Shown: one piece after another, positions 47,469 through 60,102 of the stretch
Numbering within the stretch: position 1 is the stretch's first letter
Layout: the number at the start of each line of letters is the position of its first letter
Source: Scenedesmus sp. PABB004
Lineage: Eukaryota
DNA length: 64,000 bases
Reading direction: 5' to 3'
NCBI GenBank assembly: GCA_014905635.1
Contig: JABVCE010000002.1
Span: 1,426,001-1,490,000, forward strand
Translations under genes and position numbers: made by a program
The notes under the pieces: model-generated
Seen by the model: only the letters and a program-made list of their open reading frames with translations
Told to the model about the DNA's origin: nothing
Database searches by the model: none

Positions 47469-48533
47469 GCCGCGCGCGCGGCCGCCCGATCGTTGCGTCC
47501 GTGCGCGTGTGTCTGTCACAGAGAACCGGCCCGGTGGTTGCGTTGTGCGAGGGTGCGTGGGCGCGGGCGTGAGCACTGTGCGCGCCGTGTGTGCGTCTCG
47601 GAGCGCGTTGCTAGCTTGTTTCGCTCCCGCGCCGGTGCTCCACCTATTCATTTCACGCGTGTGTGTGCGCTGCGTGCGCGTGCGCCGCGTGCGTAGGCGC
47701 CGCGCGGCGCAGCCGCCGCCCGGCCGCCGCGGCGCGGCGCCGCCGCCCGCCCGTGTGTGTGCTCCCAGGCACGCCTCCTGGGGCGCGTGCGGCGGGTTGA
47801 CGGGAGGGAGGGGCGTGCGGGGAGGGCGTGCGGCTCTGTGCTTCTGTTTCCTGTTCATTCAGACGGCTCACGTTCTTACTCTACTCGTCCGCTGCGCGTC
47901 GTGCGTCGCGGGGACACACTCGTTAAGCTACACACACACCACGCTCGTTAAGCTACGGGGAGGGCTCTGTCTGTCTGCGTGGGCGGCGGCGGCGGCACCT
48001 GCGTGGGCGCTGGAGCGCGCCCCTCCTCGGTGGGTGCCGACCAGGGCTTCAGCGGCCTGCGTGCGCGCTGCAACACACGCGCGCGGGGCGAGCCGGCTGC
48101 CGTAGCAGAGGGGGAGAGGGGCGGGGGAAGCGGAGGAGGCGGGCGAGCGCCCTCGTGCTGGGCGTGCCGCCGGCGGGCCAGGGCGGCGGCGGCGGCTGTG
48201 TGTGCGTCGCCAGGGCGCGTGTCGTGACGCGCGCGGCGCTGTACAATACCGGAGGTAAAAGCGGCGTTCGGCGCCTTGCCTCCGCGAGCAGAGCCGCCGC
48301 CGGCGCTGGTGCCGCTGCTGGTGCCAGCAACAGCAGGCGGCGCTCGCTCGCGGTCACGCAGCGCGCACGCCGTGAAGGTCGCCCACGCACGCGCCGCGCC
48401 CGCTCGTCCTCGATGTCGCCGCGGTTCACCAGCCAATGCCCCCGCGCTGCTGCTCGCCAAGCCAGCGGCGCCTCCGCTGGACCGCCCTCTCCCCGCGCAG
48501 CCGGCAGTGCAGCACAGAGGGCCAGGCGCCAAG

Positions 48534-49534
48534 ATGGTGAGCCGGCGCGATGGCCGTCCGACGGCGGCCGGCCCCTCGCCGCACCGCCCCCCGCACGGCG
48601 CCGCGCGGGGCTCTGCGGCACGTTCGCGGCGCCCTGGCCATCGGGGCAGCGCCAGGCGGGCGGGGGCGCGCCGCGGCAGCAGCGGGGCCGCATCGGGGCG
48701 CCCGCGGGCAGCAGCGCGCGCCCCGGGGCGCTGCCGGCCATGCGCAGCCGCCACGGCGCCCTGGGACGCTGCGGCGCGGCGGGAGGACCCGCGGAGACGC
48801 GGCCGCACCCCCGCGGCGGCCGGCGCTCGGCCGCCGCCGCTCGCGCCCGCCGGCCGCTGCTCACGCGCCGCCGGCCGCCGCCGTCGCCTCGCCTGTGCGC
48901 AGCCGCGTCAGATCACCGAGATCAAGGACTTCCTGCTGACCGCGCGCCGCAAGGACGCGCGGTCGGTGAAGATCAAGAAGACGCGCACCGGCGTGACCAA
49001 GTTCAAGGTCAGGTGCAGCAAGTACCTGTACACGCTGTGCGTGCAGGACGCGGAGAAGGCGGACAAGCTCAAGCAGTCGCTGCCCCCCGGTGAGCGCGCG
49101 GCGCGAGCGCGCGGCGCCCGGCCGGCCGGCGGCGGGCTGCGCGCGGACGGCGCGCAGCAGCAGGGCGTGCCGGCGGCGGCGGCGGCGGCAGCGGGGGCTG
49201 CCGTGCGGCGGCGGTGGCGGCGGCGCCAGCAGCCGAGTGGGGGCAGCAGCAGCGGCGGCGTGGTTGGCCGTGGCGCTGCGAGCAGGCGCAGCAGCGGCGG
49301 CCGCGGCAGTGCGGCGGCGGTCGCGGCGGCAGCGGCAGGGGCGGGCGCGGCAGCGGCAGCAGGCGCCGGCGCTCGCGCCGGCCGCGCGACGCAGAGGACG
49401 GAGGCGCAGGAGCTGCCAGGGGCCGCCAGGGCAGCCGCAGCCGTCGCAGCCGTCGGGCACGCGTGCCGACGCGCACCCCGCCCCCGCCGCCCGCTGCGCG
49501 CCCCGCAGGCCTGCAGGTGCAGGAGCTGGCCTGA
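48534..49534 (+). CDS. RPL38: 60S ribosomal protein L38 (eL38)
   Basis: [27 protein letters not shown]...[13 protein letters not shown]...[16 protein letters not shown]. Introns 48537-48902 and 49090-49508. Confidence 0.97.
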
Positions 49535-50134
49535 GCGTGTGCGGCCGGCGATCAGCTAGCAGCCCAGCTAGCTGCGGTGGTGGTGATGCAGCGCCTGGGG
49601 TAACGCGCCCCGCGAGCGGCGCCCGTCGCGTGCCGCCGCGCCGCGCGCGCGTGAGCCAGCGGCGGCGGCTGCTGCCAGCGTTCCGCGCGCGAGCCGCTCG
49701 CCGCGCAGCTCCCGCGATCGTGCCCGGCCAGCACGGCCAGCGGTCTGCCCGGCGCGCGGGCGCCGTGCGCGGCCGGGGGCGCGCCGGCGGGAGGCGGTGC
49801 AGGGTTTCAGCCGCGGCGCGCCGCCGCCGCCGGTGTTCTGTCGTCGAGTCCGCGCGTCTCCCCGCACTCGCAGCCGCGGCGCCAGGCCGTCGTCCGCCCG
49901 CCCAGGGTCGAGGCATCGCGTGTCGATCTTGCCGCGCAGCCCAGGCCCCGCCCCGCCCGGCAGGCCGCCTGCCCGCCCCTCCCGCGCGCGGTCCGTCGCC
50001 GCCGTCGGCCGCTGGCCGCTGCCGGCGACGCTGCGGGCGCCACGCAGGCCGGCGCGGCGGCGCAGCAGTAGCAGCGGCGCCGAGCGCCGCGCGTCGCGCG
50101 CCGCGCCCCGCCGCGCCGGGCGGCGCACGGCGCC

Positions 50135-51321
50135 ATGTCGGGCAGCACCAACCGCTACACGGTGCCGCCGACGGTGTCGGTGATGACGGTGATGAAGGCG
50201 CGCCTGGTCGGCGCGACCAAGGGCCACGCGCTGCTGAAGAAGAAGGCCGACGCGCTCACGATGCGCTACCGGCAGCTGCTCAAGCAGATCGTGGAGGCCA
50301 AGACGGGCATGGGCGACGCGATGAAGGGCTCGTTCTTCTCGCTCGCCGAGGCCAAGTACGCGGGCGGCGACAGCATCAAGCACACCGTGTTTGACAACGT
50401 CGACCGCGCGAGCCTCAAGGTCTACGCGAGCACCGAGAACGTCGCGGGCGTCAAGATCCCCAAGTTTGAGAGCGTCAGTGAGCCGGGGGAGACCAAGATG
50501 GAGCTCACGGGTGCGGCGGCGCGGCCGTGCGCGGCGGCGGGCGGTCGCGCGGCGGCGCGCGGCGGCGCCGCGCGCGCCGGCCGTCGCACGCACGCGGCCG
50601 GCGCCCGACCGGCCGCGCGCCGCGCTGCGCCGACGCCGCGCGTCAGGCCTGGGCAAGGGCGGGCAGCAGATCCAGTCCTGCCGCAAGGCCTACGTGGGCG
50701 CGATCCAGCTGCTGGTGCAGCTGGCCAACCTGCAGACCGCGTTCATCACGCTCGACGCGGCGCTCAAGGTCACCAACCGCCGCGTCAACGCGCTCGAGAA
50801 CGTGGTCAAGCCAAAGATCGAGAACACCATCTCGTACATCCTCGTGCGCGCCGCCCTGCGCGCGCGCGCGGCGGCAGCGGCGGCGGCGCGGGGGAGCGGG
50901 GCGGGCGGGGGAGGGGGCGCGGCGCGCGGCGCGCGGCCGCGGCCCAGCGCGGCCGGCCGCAATCACCGCCGTGGCCGCCGCGGCCGCGACCGCCGCGCGC
51001 GCGCAGGGCGAGCTGGACGAGCTGGAGCGCGAGGAGTTCTTCCGGCTGAAGAAGGTGCAGAAGAACAAGCAAAAGGTCGCGGCGCGCGAGGCGGCGTCGA
51101 AGGCGGCAAAGGTGCGCGCGCCCCGCGGGGGCGACCCGCGCGTGTGTGCACGCGCGGGCCGGCTGGCGGGGCCCGCCGCCCTCCCGTCGCCGACGCCCGC
51201 GCCGCCGCGCCCGCAGGACGAGGCGGCCTTGGTCGACACGGGGCTGATAGTGACGGGCGCCGACGGCGTGTCGCCCGCCGACCTGCTCAGCGCCGGCGCC
51301 GACGAGGACCTGGTGTTCTGA
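50135..51321 (+). CDS. ATP6V1D: V-type ATPase subunit D
   Basis: KARLVGATKGHALLKKKADAL, ENVAGVKIP, GLGKGGQQI, KVTNRRVNALE, ELDELEREEFFRLKKVQ. Confidence 0.97.
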
Positions 51322-51368
51322 GCGCGGCCGCGGCGGGAGCTGGGGGGACTCATTTGATTCAGCGGGCG

Positions 51369-51373
51369 TGTAA
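51369..51373 (+). promoter_or_regulatory. TGTAA polyadenylation signal
   Basis: About 50 nt after the V-ATPase D stop codon. Confidence 0.6.
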
Positions 51374-51690
51374 CTCGCGGCCGCGCGTGCGACGGCGGGC
51401 AGCAGCGGCGTCACTGCCGCGCGCCGCGGCGGCCAGGCAGTCGCTTGGCCCGCCGGCTCCCGCTGGCCTTTTGGCCCGTCCACACCACCGCCAGGCATAA
51501 TCACCGAGCAGCAGGTCCCCCGCGCTCGCACAGAGGCGTCGCCGCGTGCCGCCGCCGCCGCTGCTGCTGCCGCGCCGCGGCCTTGCCAGCGTGCTGCTGC
51601 GCGCCTCGGACGCGCGGGGGGCCACCCCAATGCGCACTGCACGCTAGCGGGCATCCGCAGGGCACGCGCGCGCCCGGCAGGCGCGGCCCG

Positions 51691-52479
51691 ATGCGCCAAC
51701 CATCGAGCAGCGCCTGGGCCGGGCGCCGGCGGCTGCTGGCGACCTGGCTGGCGCTGCTGGTCTGCTGCGGCCGACTTGAGGTGCGCGGCCGCTGCCGCCG
51801 CCGTCGCGCGGCTGCGGCAGGGCGCGGCCGACAGCGTCGACCGCTGTCGCCGCGCCGCCGCAGCCGGCGGCGGCGAGCCCCCTGTCAGAGCAGCTGCTGA
51901 AGGCCTATCTCTCCAACGAGCAGCTGGAGGCCTGGATCAAAGACTACACCTCCCGCTGCGCCAGCATCTCCCGCGCGTTCAGGTGCGCAGCGCAGCGGCG
52001 CCGGGGTGCCCCCGAGCCGCGCCGCCGAGCCGCGCCGCCGCGCGCCGCCGCAGCATCGGGCGCAGCGTGAAGGGCGCGGAGCTGTGGGTGCTGGAGATCG
52101 CGGAGCGGCCGGGCGTGCGCGAGGCAAAGCCCAACTTCAAGTACGTCGCCAACATGCACGGCAACGAACCCAGCGGCCGGTGAGGCGCGGTGGCGGCGGG
52201 CGCGCCGCGCCGCCGCGCCGCGCTGCCGCGCCGCGCCGACCGCGCCGCGCGCCGCCGACCTCCGACCGCGCCGCGCCGCGCCGCGCCGCGCCGCGCCGCG
52301 CCGCGCCGCGCCGCGCCGCAGCGCGCTGCTCCCGCAGCTCGCGGAGTGGCTGTGCGCCGAGCGCGGCCGCGACGGGCGCGCGCGCGCGGTGCTGGGCGGC
52401 CTGCACCTCTACCTCATGCCCAGCATGAACCCAGACGGCTTCGCGGCGCGCAAGCGCGAGAACGCGTGCGCGCGCGCGC

Positions 52480-52516
<37 letters not shown>

Positions 52517-54341
52517 GGGCGGCGGCGGCGGCGGCGGCCCCGCCGCAAGCGCGCGCCGACGCCGACGCGCGCCTACGCCGCCGCCGGCGGCGCGCAGGGC
52601 TGGCGTGGACCTCAACCGCAACTTCCCCGACCCCGTGGCGACCAAGGACCCGCGCGCGCTGCTCAGGCCGCTGCCCGACGCGCAGCCCGAGACGGCGGCG
52701 ATGATGCGCTGGTCGCTGGAGACGCAGTGAGCGCGCGCGCGCGCCAGCGCCGCCTCGCCCGCGCGCGCTCTCCGGGCCGGGCGGCCGCCCCGCCCGCCGC
52801 CCCACCGCGGCCTCGCCCGCCGCGCCGCGCCGCCGCCGCGGGCGCAGCTTTGTCGCGTCGGCCAACCTGCACGAGGGCGCGCTGGTGGCCAACTACCCCC
52901 TGGACGGCGCGCCCGACGGCAGCAACACGCCCCAGGCGCGCCGCAACCCCGCGCCCGACGACGTGACGTTTGCCACGCTCGCCAGCCTCTACGCGCGCAA
53001 GCACAAGACCATGGCCGCGTCCAAGGCGCGGCGGCGCGGCGCGCCCGCGGCGCCGCGGCGCCGGCGCGGGGCGCGCGCGCGCGTGCGTGCGCCCTGCGAC
53101 GCCGCCGCCGCTGTGCCGCTGTCGTGCCGGCGCAGGAGTTCAAGGGTGGCATCATCAACGGCGCGCAGTGGTACCCGGTATACGGTGGCATGCAGGCGCG
53201 CGGGGGCCGCGCGGGGCCGTGCGCGGGGCCGTGCGGGCGCGCCGCCCGCGGCGACGCCGTGTGCGGCGGGGCGACACACTGTGCGCACCCGGGCCGGCGC
53301 GCCCACCCCTCCCCCGGCCGGCCCCGCGCGCGCGCACACCGAAACGCAGGACTGGAACTACTTTGCCGCGCGCTGCTTCGGCCTCACGCTCGAGCTGAGC
53401 GACGCCAAGTGGCGCCCGCCGGCCGACCTGCCCAAGCTCTGGGACGAGAACCGCGACGCGCTGCTCGCGCTGCCGCTCGCGGCCGCGCTCGGCGGTGCGC
53501 GCCGCCGCGCCCGCGCGCCCGCACGCCCGCGCGCCGCCATCCCGCAGCGCCGCGCCCCACGCGCGCCGGGCGGGCGCCGGGCGCCGCAGGCGTGCGCGGC
53601 GTCGTGTCGGCGCGCAACGGCAGCGCCATCGAGGCAATTGTCGTCGTCGACGGCATCGCCTGGTCAACCACCAGCGACCCAGCAACAGGGTACTTCAACC
53701 GGTGCGCCTGCCTGGGGCACGCCGCGCGGCGGCAGGCGCAGCCGCGCCGCGCGCCGCGCCGCGGGCCCGCGCCCGACCCGCGGCGCCCGACCGGCCGCGC
53801 CGCGCGCCGCAGGCCGCTCGCGCCGGGGTCCTACACGCTGCGTGTGTTCAGCGAGGGCTTTGAGCCCGGCAGCGCCAAGATCGAGGTCCCCAAGGACTAC
53901 AGCGGCGTGACGGCCAACTTCACGCTGCAGCCGCCCACGCCCGCGGCGGGCGTGGAGGAGGAGGACGAGGAGGAGTCGGCGGCGGCGGAGGGCAAGGCGG
54001 GCGCGGGCGCGGCGCCTGGGAGCAGCGGCGGTGGCGGCGGCAGCGAGGAGCTGCTCGTGGTCGCGAGCAGCCGGCGGCTGGAGAGCGGGCGCGCGCCGCG
54101 GCCCGGCGTGGGCGTCGCGGCGGCGGGGCTGCTGCTGTGCTTGGCCGGCGCGGCGGCGGTGCTGTGGGTGTGCCAGGGCACGCGCGCGCTCGTGCCGCCG
54201 GCGCTGCCGGTGCTGTCGAGCGGCGGCGGCAGCCGGCCGGGCATGTCCGCGAGCGGGAGCCGGTCAAACCTGCTGCCCAGCAGCGGGAGCAGATCCAACC
54301 TCCTTTCGAGCAGCGGGAGCAGATCAAACCTCGCGGCGTGA
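51691..54341 (+). CDS. Zn carboxypeptidase M14B (CPD/SOL1-like), type-I membrane protein
   Basis: Signal peptide; [65 protein letters not shown]; a beta-sandwich domain and a C-terminal TM. Confidence 0.93.
52266..52320. repeat. (CCGCG)~11 pentamer run at an intron 3' end
   Basis: Read directly; it ends in the acceptor CAG. Confidence 0.85.
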
Positions 54342-54790
54342 GCGCGGGGCGGGGCGTGCGTGCGAGGGAGGGGCTGCAGCCGCAGCACGCTCGCGAGCGC
54401 ACGGTGTCGGGGCCTGGCGCGCTGCAACGTACAATGGCCGCCCGGGGGCTGCAACGCATCGTTACTCGGACGCGCGCGGCGCCCGCCCGCGCCGCCAGCT
54501 GCGCGCCGACCGACCGCCGCTGCACAGGGCAGCCGACCGCCGCCGGCGCAGCAGCCGGCTCTGAGCCTAGTCCTACTCGTTCGTCGCGCGCCGCTGACGC
54601 AGCGGCCCACCTGCTGCGCCGCCCCCGCGCCCGCCGGGCCGCGCACCGGCGGCCGGGCGGGCGGCGGGGCGCCGCGCTCCTGTCTACATGCACACACGCA
54701 CGCGCGCGCGCCGGGAATGTACACGCGCGCTCACAGCGCGCGCCAGGCGGCCAGGCGCCGCGGCCGCGCCGGCGCGGCGCGCCGGGCCGC

Positions 54791-55306
54791 TCACTCCTGC
54801 ATCGCCTCGGCCTGCTGCGCCGCCGCGGGCGCCGCCTCGGCCGCGACCTTGAGCTTGGCGGGCGCGGCCTTGGCCTTGTCGGCGCGCAGCGACGCGGGCG
54901 CCCTGATGAGGTGCACCTCCTTCTCGAGCTGCGCCTTGTCGGCCGCGACCTGCTGGCCCTTGACCTTGGCCATGCGCTTCTCGTAGAAGCGCTCCTGGCG
55001 GCGCGTGCGGATCTCGCTGATGCGCTCGATGGCCTTGACCGTCTTCTTGACCAGCTCGCGGTCGTACTTCTCGGGCCGGTTGCGGCGGCGCTCCATCTCA
55101 AACGTCGCGTCCTCCGCGAGCTCCTTGCCCGCCAGCTTGCGGTAGGCCTTGGTCCACCGCACCTTGCGCGGGTTGCGCTTCATCTTGAAGTTCTTGTGGC
55201 ACTTGCTGCGGCAAAACTTGAACGCGGTCGCGTCGTTGCGGACAAAGGTGATGCCGTGCCCCGGGTAGATGGTGCTGGAGCAGAACCAGCACTTCTCGAG
55301 CCTCAT
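54791..55306 (-). CDS. RSL24D1: Ribosome biogenesis protein RLP24 (intronless CDS)
   Basis: MRLEKCWFCSSTIYPGHGITFVRND...FCRSKCHKNFKMKRNPRKVRWTKA. Confidence 0.97.
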   Translation of the reverse strand: MRLEKCWFCSSTIYPGHGITFVRNDATAFKFCRSKCHKNFKMKRNPRKVRWTKAYRKLAGKELAEDATFEMERRRNRPEKYDRELVKKTVKAIERISEIRTRRQERFYEKRMAKVKGQQVAADKAQLEKEVHLIRAPASLRADKAKAAPAKLKVAAEAAPAAAQQAEAMQE

Positions 55307-55716
55307 GATGGCCGACCGGGGGCGCCCCCTGGCGAAAGGCCGCGCGGTCTCGCGCCCGCGGGCGCGGGGCGGCCCGGGGCGGCCGGGAGCAGCCGGGCTG
55401 CTGCTGCTGCCGCTGCAGCGCCGCCTCGCGCCGTGGGCCGCGGCCTGGCGCCGCGCGGTCGCGGGGTGGAGCAGCGCCGACCGACCGAACGGACGCGGCT
55501 CGGGCGGCGCGCGGGCGTGCGCCGGCGGGGGCGGGCGGGGGATGCCGGGGGCGGCGCGGCGCGCTGGGAGCAGGTGACTGCGCTGCCGGCGCGGTCGGGT
55601 GGCGTGGGAGTGGGGAGCGCGGCGGCGGGTGCCACAGCCGCCGCTGCGGCGGCAGGCGGGCGGGCGCGCGACGGCACGCGCTCGCGGGTTTCAGGCCTCG
55701 CTCTCTCCGCTGCCCC

Positions 55717-58700
55717 TCAGTCGCTGTCCTCGATGCCCTCCACCTCCTCCTCCTCCTCGCCGCCGCCGCCGGCACCGCCGGCGCCTCGGCCGCCTCCACC
55801 GTCGCCGCCGGCCGCCGCGGCGGCCACCGCCGCCGCGAGCGCGGCGGTCGCGGCGGGCGACGGCGGGCTGGCGCGCTCGGTCACGGCGCCGCCCCAGACG
55901 TAGGCCCAGGACCGCGGCAGCAGGCCGCCGACCCAGGCGCGCGCCGGCGCGGCGGAGAGCGCGCGCAGGTGCGGCAGCACCGCGGCCGCGCGCTCGGCGC
56001 GGCCCGCGTGCAGCAGCTGCCCCGCGAGCGCCATCGCGGCGGCCTGCGCCGCGGCGCCGCCGCCGGCCCACGCGTCCTGCAGCTCCTGCAGCGCCCGCCC
56101 GAGCCGCCCGAGGTTGGACGCCGCCGCGCGGTCGGGCAGGGACGCGGAGGGGCCCTTGACCGGCAGCCAGCGGCTCGGCGCGGGCGCGGTGTGTGCGTAG
56201 AGCAGGCCCCGCACCGCGACGCTGCCCGCGGCCGCCGCGGTCACGCTCGCCGCGGACGTGTCGGCCTCGTCGTAGAAGCCCGACGACGGATCGCCGCTCG
56301 CGCGCGCGGCCGCGAGGAACGCTGCGCGGCGCGGCGGCGGTGGCGGCGGCGCCGCTGAGCGCTGCGCGCTGGGCGCTGGGCGCCGCGGCGGCGCGCCGCG
56401 CGCCCTCGAACGTCCGCGGGCGCGGCCGCACCCGCATCGCTGAGGTAGGCGGCCGCGTCTGCTGCCTGGGCCATCGCGTCGTCTGCCATGAAGTGGGTGT
56501 AGTTCTCAGCCAGGAAGCCGGCCACCTGGCCCGCCTCCAGCCCGCTGCCCAGCAGCACGGCCTCGGGGTCGAGCCCCAGCGGCGCGCGCGCGCGCCTGCG
56601 CGGCGCGCGGGCCGGCGGCGCGCGTCGGCGGCGCCCCGCGGGAGGAGCGCGGGCCCCGCCGCGCGCGGCGGCGGCGCGGGAGGAGCGCGGTCCCCGCCGC
56701 GCGCGGCGACGGCCGGCCGCCGCGGCCGCCGCTCACCCCGCGCCGGGCTGCTGCAGTGCGTCGCCCGCGCCCGGCTCGGCCGCGTCGCCGCCGCCCTCGC
56801 CGCCGCCGCGCCGCCGCCGGCCTGCTGCTGCGTCTGCGGCGCGCGCTTGTGGTGCAGGAGCTTGCCGATGGCATGATAGACCGACAGGTGCGCGTCGCGC
56901 CCCACGCGCCCCGCGACCGCGGCCTTGGCCGCCGCCGCCGCGGCGGCCTCCTCGGGCCCCTTGGGCGCGGCGTTGCGCGGCCGGCGCGCCTTGCCCTGCG
57001 CGGCCGCGGGTGGAGCGTGGCTCGCCACTCCGCGACGCGCGGCAGCGCGTGCGCGCCAGGGGTCCCTCCCCGGGCCGGGGCGGCGGCGCGCACCTTGGCC
57101 TTGGCCGGCTTGGCCGCGCGCGCGGCGCCGGGGCCCTGCAGCAGCAGCTGCAGGCTGTGCACCGCGTTGCGCAGGTCGCCCGCCGCGGCGGCCGCGACGC
57201 CCTCCGCGGTGGCACGGTCCAGCGCAAAGCCCTCGCGCTCCGCGATCGCGGCCAGGGCCTTGGCGATGTTCAGGGGCGTGACCGGGTTGAAGCCGATGCT
57301 GCCCGCGCCCACCGCCTCCAGCGCGGCGAGCACGTCCTGCGGCCGCGGCGGCGGCGGCACGCGCGGGGGCGTGTGACGTGGCGCGCGGGAGGTGTCAGAC
57401 AGACAGTGGGCTTGCGCGGCGCGCACCCGGTGCAGGCCCTTGGTGGTCATGCCCGCCGCCGCGGGCCCGTAGCTGCCGTAGCTGCCTTTGGCGCCGCCGC
57501 CGCCGCCGTCCTCGGTGGTCGCCATGATCACCACCGCTGCGCGCGACGTCGTGGCCAGGTCCTGCGACGGCCGCGGCGGCGGCGCGGCGCTCGAGGCGGC
57601 GCGCGGCGCCGGCCGGCGGAGCCCGCCGCCGGACGGCCGGCGCGCACGCGAGCCCGCCCGCTCGCACCTGCAGCGCCGCCGCGAGCCGCGCGCGCCGCTC
57701 CGCGTCGCCGACGTGCGGCAGGTCGTCCACCAGCAGCAGCTTGGGCCGCGGCGGCGGCGCCCGCCCGCCCGCCTGCTGCGACGCCGCCTGCTGCGGCTCG
57801 CGCTGGCTCGGCTGGCTCGGCTGCCGCGGCGGCTGCTGGCTGCCGCCGCCGCCGCCGCCGGCGGGCGGCGCGGCGCTGCCGCCCGGCGCGCCCGGCGCGG
57901 AGCAGGTGAGCGGCAGCGCCGCAAACTTGGCGCGCGTGACAAACATATCAAACTCATCCAGCTTGCTGCGGTACCCGACGCCCGCGCCCGCCTGCGCACG
58001 CGAGGCGAGGAGTGGGCGCGGCGGGCGGCGGGCGCGGCGCTGCGCCGCCGCCGGCGGCGGCGGCCCACCTGGTAGCGGTAGTCATCCCACAGCGTCGGCA
58101 CGGGCGCCGCCCACTCGAGCAGCTCAAACCCCAGCGCCGCCGCGAGCACGCGCAGCGTGGCCGACTTGCCGCAGCCCGTCGGCCCTGCGGCGCGGCGGGT
58201 CGGGGCCGGGCGCTCGCAGGACGGGGCCGCGCGCGGCGCCGGCGCGGCTGCGGCGGCGGCAGCCGCGCCGGCGCGGCCGCACCGGTGATGAGCAGCGCGC
58301 GCGTGGGGTGCGTGGCGCGAGTGTCAAGGTAGCTCTGCAGCCAGGCCTGAACCTCGGCGACCTTGCGCTTGTGCACAATGAGGTCGTCGGGGCTGGCCGG
58401 CGCATACTTGTCCACCCACTGCTCCGCGCCCGCACCCGCTGCCGCCGCGCCACCTGCGCCCCCGCCGCCCCCCGCGGCTGGCTGGCTGCCGCCGCCCGCG
58501 GCGCCGTCCGCCGCGCCGCCGCGCGCGGCCGCGCCGGCGGCGGCGGCGGCGGCGTCGCCCTGCGAGCCTGAGAGCTGCAGCGAGGCCGGGCCCGGCTGCG
58601 ACGTGCTGAGAAAGAGCGAGCCAAAGGCCTTGGCGTGCAGCGTGGCCTGCTTGGGCCCGCCCGACCGCCCGCGCGCCGGCGCGCCGCCGCTGCCGGCGCG

Positions 58701-59213
58701 GCTGCGCGGCGCGGCGCCGCCGCCCGTCTGCGGCCGCTTCGCGGCGGGCTGGCCGCCGCCGCCTGCCTGCTTGCGCTTGGCGGGCGTGGGCTCGGCCTCC
58801 CAGTCCGAGTCGTCCAGCGCGCCGGCGGCGGCGCCGTCGCTGCCGCCGTCCTCGTCCTCGTCCGCCGCCGGCTGGCGCTGCTGCTGACGCTTGCGCGCCG
58901 GGCGCGCCTGCTGCAGCCGCCGGCGCCGCGCCTGCGTCAGCTGCCCGCCCGTGCCCGCCGGCGCGGCGGCGCCGCCCGGCTCCGCGTCGCCCAGCTCGTC
59001 GCTGCGGGGCTCGGGGTCGTCGCGCTCCACGCGCTTGCGGCGCCGCCCGCCCGCCGCGGCGGCGGCGGCCGACGCCGACGCCGTAGCGGCACGCGGCGCC
59101 GGCGCTTCCGGCTGCCCCGGCGGCGCGGGCGCCGGCTCGTCGTCCGAGTCGTCCAGCAGGCTCACCACCTCGGGCGGCGGCTGCCTCGCCGAACTGCGCC
59201 GGCGGGCCGCCAT
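55717..59213 (-). CDS. RAD17: Checkpoint clamp loader RAD17
   Basis: WVDKYAP...LIVHKRKVAEV, Walker A GPTGCGKS, LLLVDDLP, FNPV, GDLRNAVHSLQ, RDAHLSVYHAIGKLLHHKR, and an acidic tail IEDSD. Confidence 0.93.
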
Positions 59214-59856
59214 CCCCGCCGCGAGCTGGCGGCGCTGCTCAGCTCAGCGCGGGCGCCCGCCGGCGCGCAGCCGCTGCTGCTTGTGCCGGCCGCGGCGCAT
59301 CGCCGCCGCTGCGGGGCGCGTTGCGGCAACGGTGATGCCGCGCCCGGCGGGGGTCGCGGCCGGGCCCTGCCGGCGCGCGCGGCGCGGCGGCCCGTGAGCA
59401 GCAGGCGCGCCGGCGCGCGAGCAGCGGCCGCGCCCGACGATCGCAGCCCGCCGCTTGCCAGGCCGCTCGGAGCGGCTGACCGGGACGCGAAGTCCGCAGG
59501 AAATGCGTAGCGCGGTCATGCTGGGCGCCCGCGGCCCCGCAGCTGCGCCGGCGCCGCGCGGGGCGCCGCTGCTGCGCCGCTGCCGCCCCGCCGCCGCCGC
59601 ACCTGCAGCGGGACGGCAATGGCGGCACCCGCGCCGGTCTCCTGAGAGCGCGGGCGAGGGCGCCCGGCGGCCGCCGAGCGGCCGCAGCCTGGCGTGCGCG
59701 GCCGCTGCTGTCGACGCGTGCCGAAGCTGTTTGTCTCAACACGGCGGCGGCGGCAGGCGTGTGCGTCCGTGTGCCGGGTGTGCCCTGGCAGCAGCGGCGG
59801 CGGCGCGTCGACGGCGGCGCCGGCGCGGGTTGAGAGAGCCCTGTGCCCTGCGGCCG

Positions 59857-59861
59857 TTACA
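59857..59861 (-). promoter_or_regulatory. TGTAA polyadenylation signal (minus strand)
   Basis: TTACA on the + strand, about 240 nt downstream of the stop at 60103. Confidence 0.55.
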
Positions 59862-60102
59862 ACCGCCACAACCGCCACACACCCCGGCGTGCGCATGCGA
59901 ATGCCCGAGGTGGTGAGCGCTGATCACCCCTGTGCAGCGGCGCCTGGCTCACAACGCGCGGCGGGCAGCGCGCTCAACTCCTCGCAACGCCCCCACGAGC
60001 CCTGCAAGCCCCGCGCTCGCGCGCGGCGGCCGCCCCCGACCTCCACCCGCCCCGCGCGCCGGCGCGCGAGCCATCACCCGGCCCTGCCGCGCGCGCGCCC
60101 GC

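Noticed and set aside
26364..59213. Cell-cycle/DNA-damage cluster (DP1, APE2, RAD17) or ribosome-biogenesis cluster (DDX31, RPL38, RLP24)
   Set aside because: The genes are interspersed with unrelated ones and I saw no shared motif. This is compatible with chance in a housekeeping-dense region.
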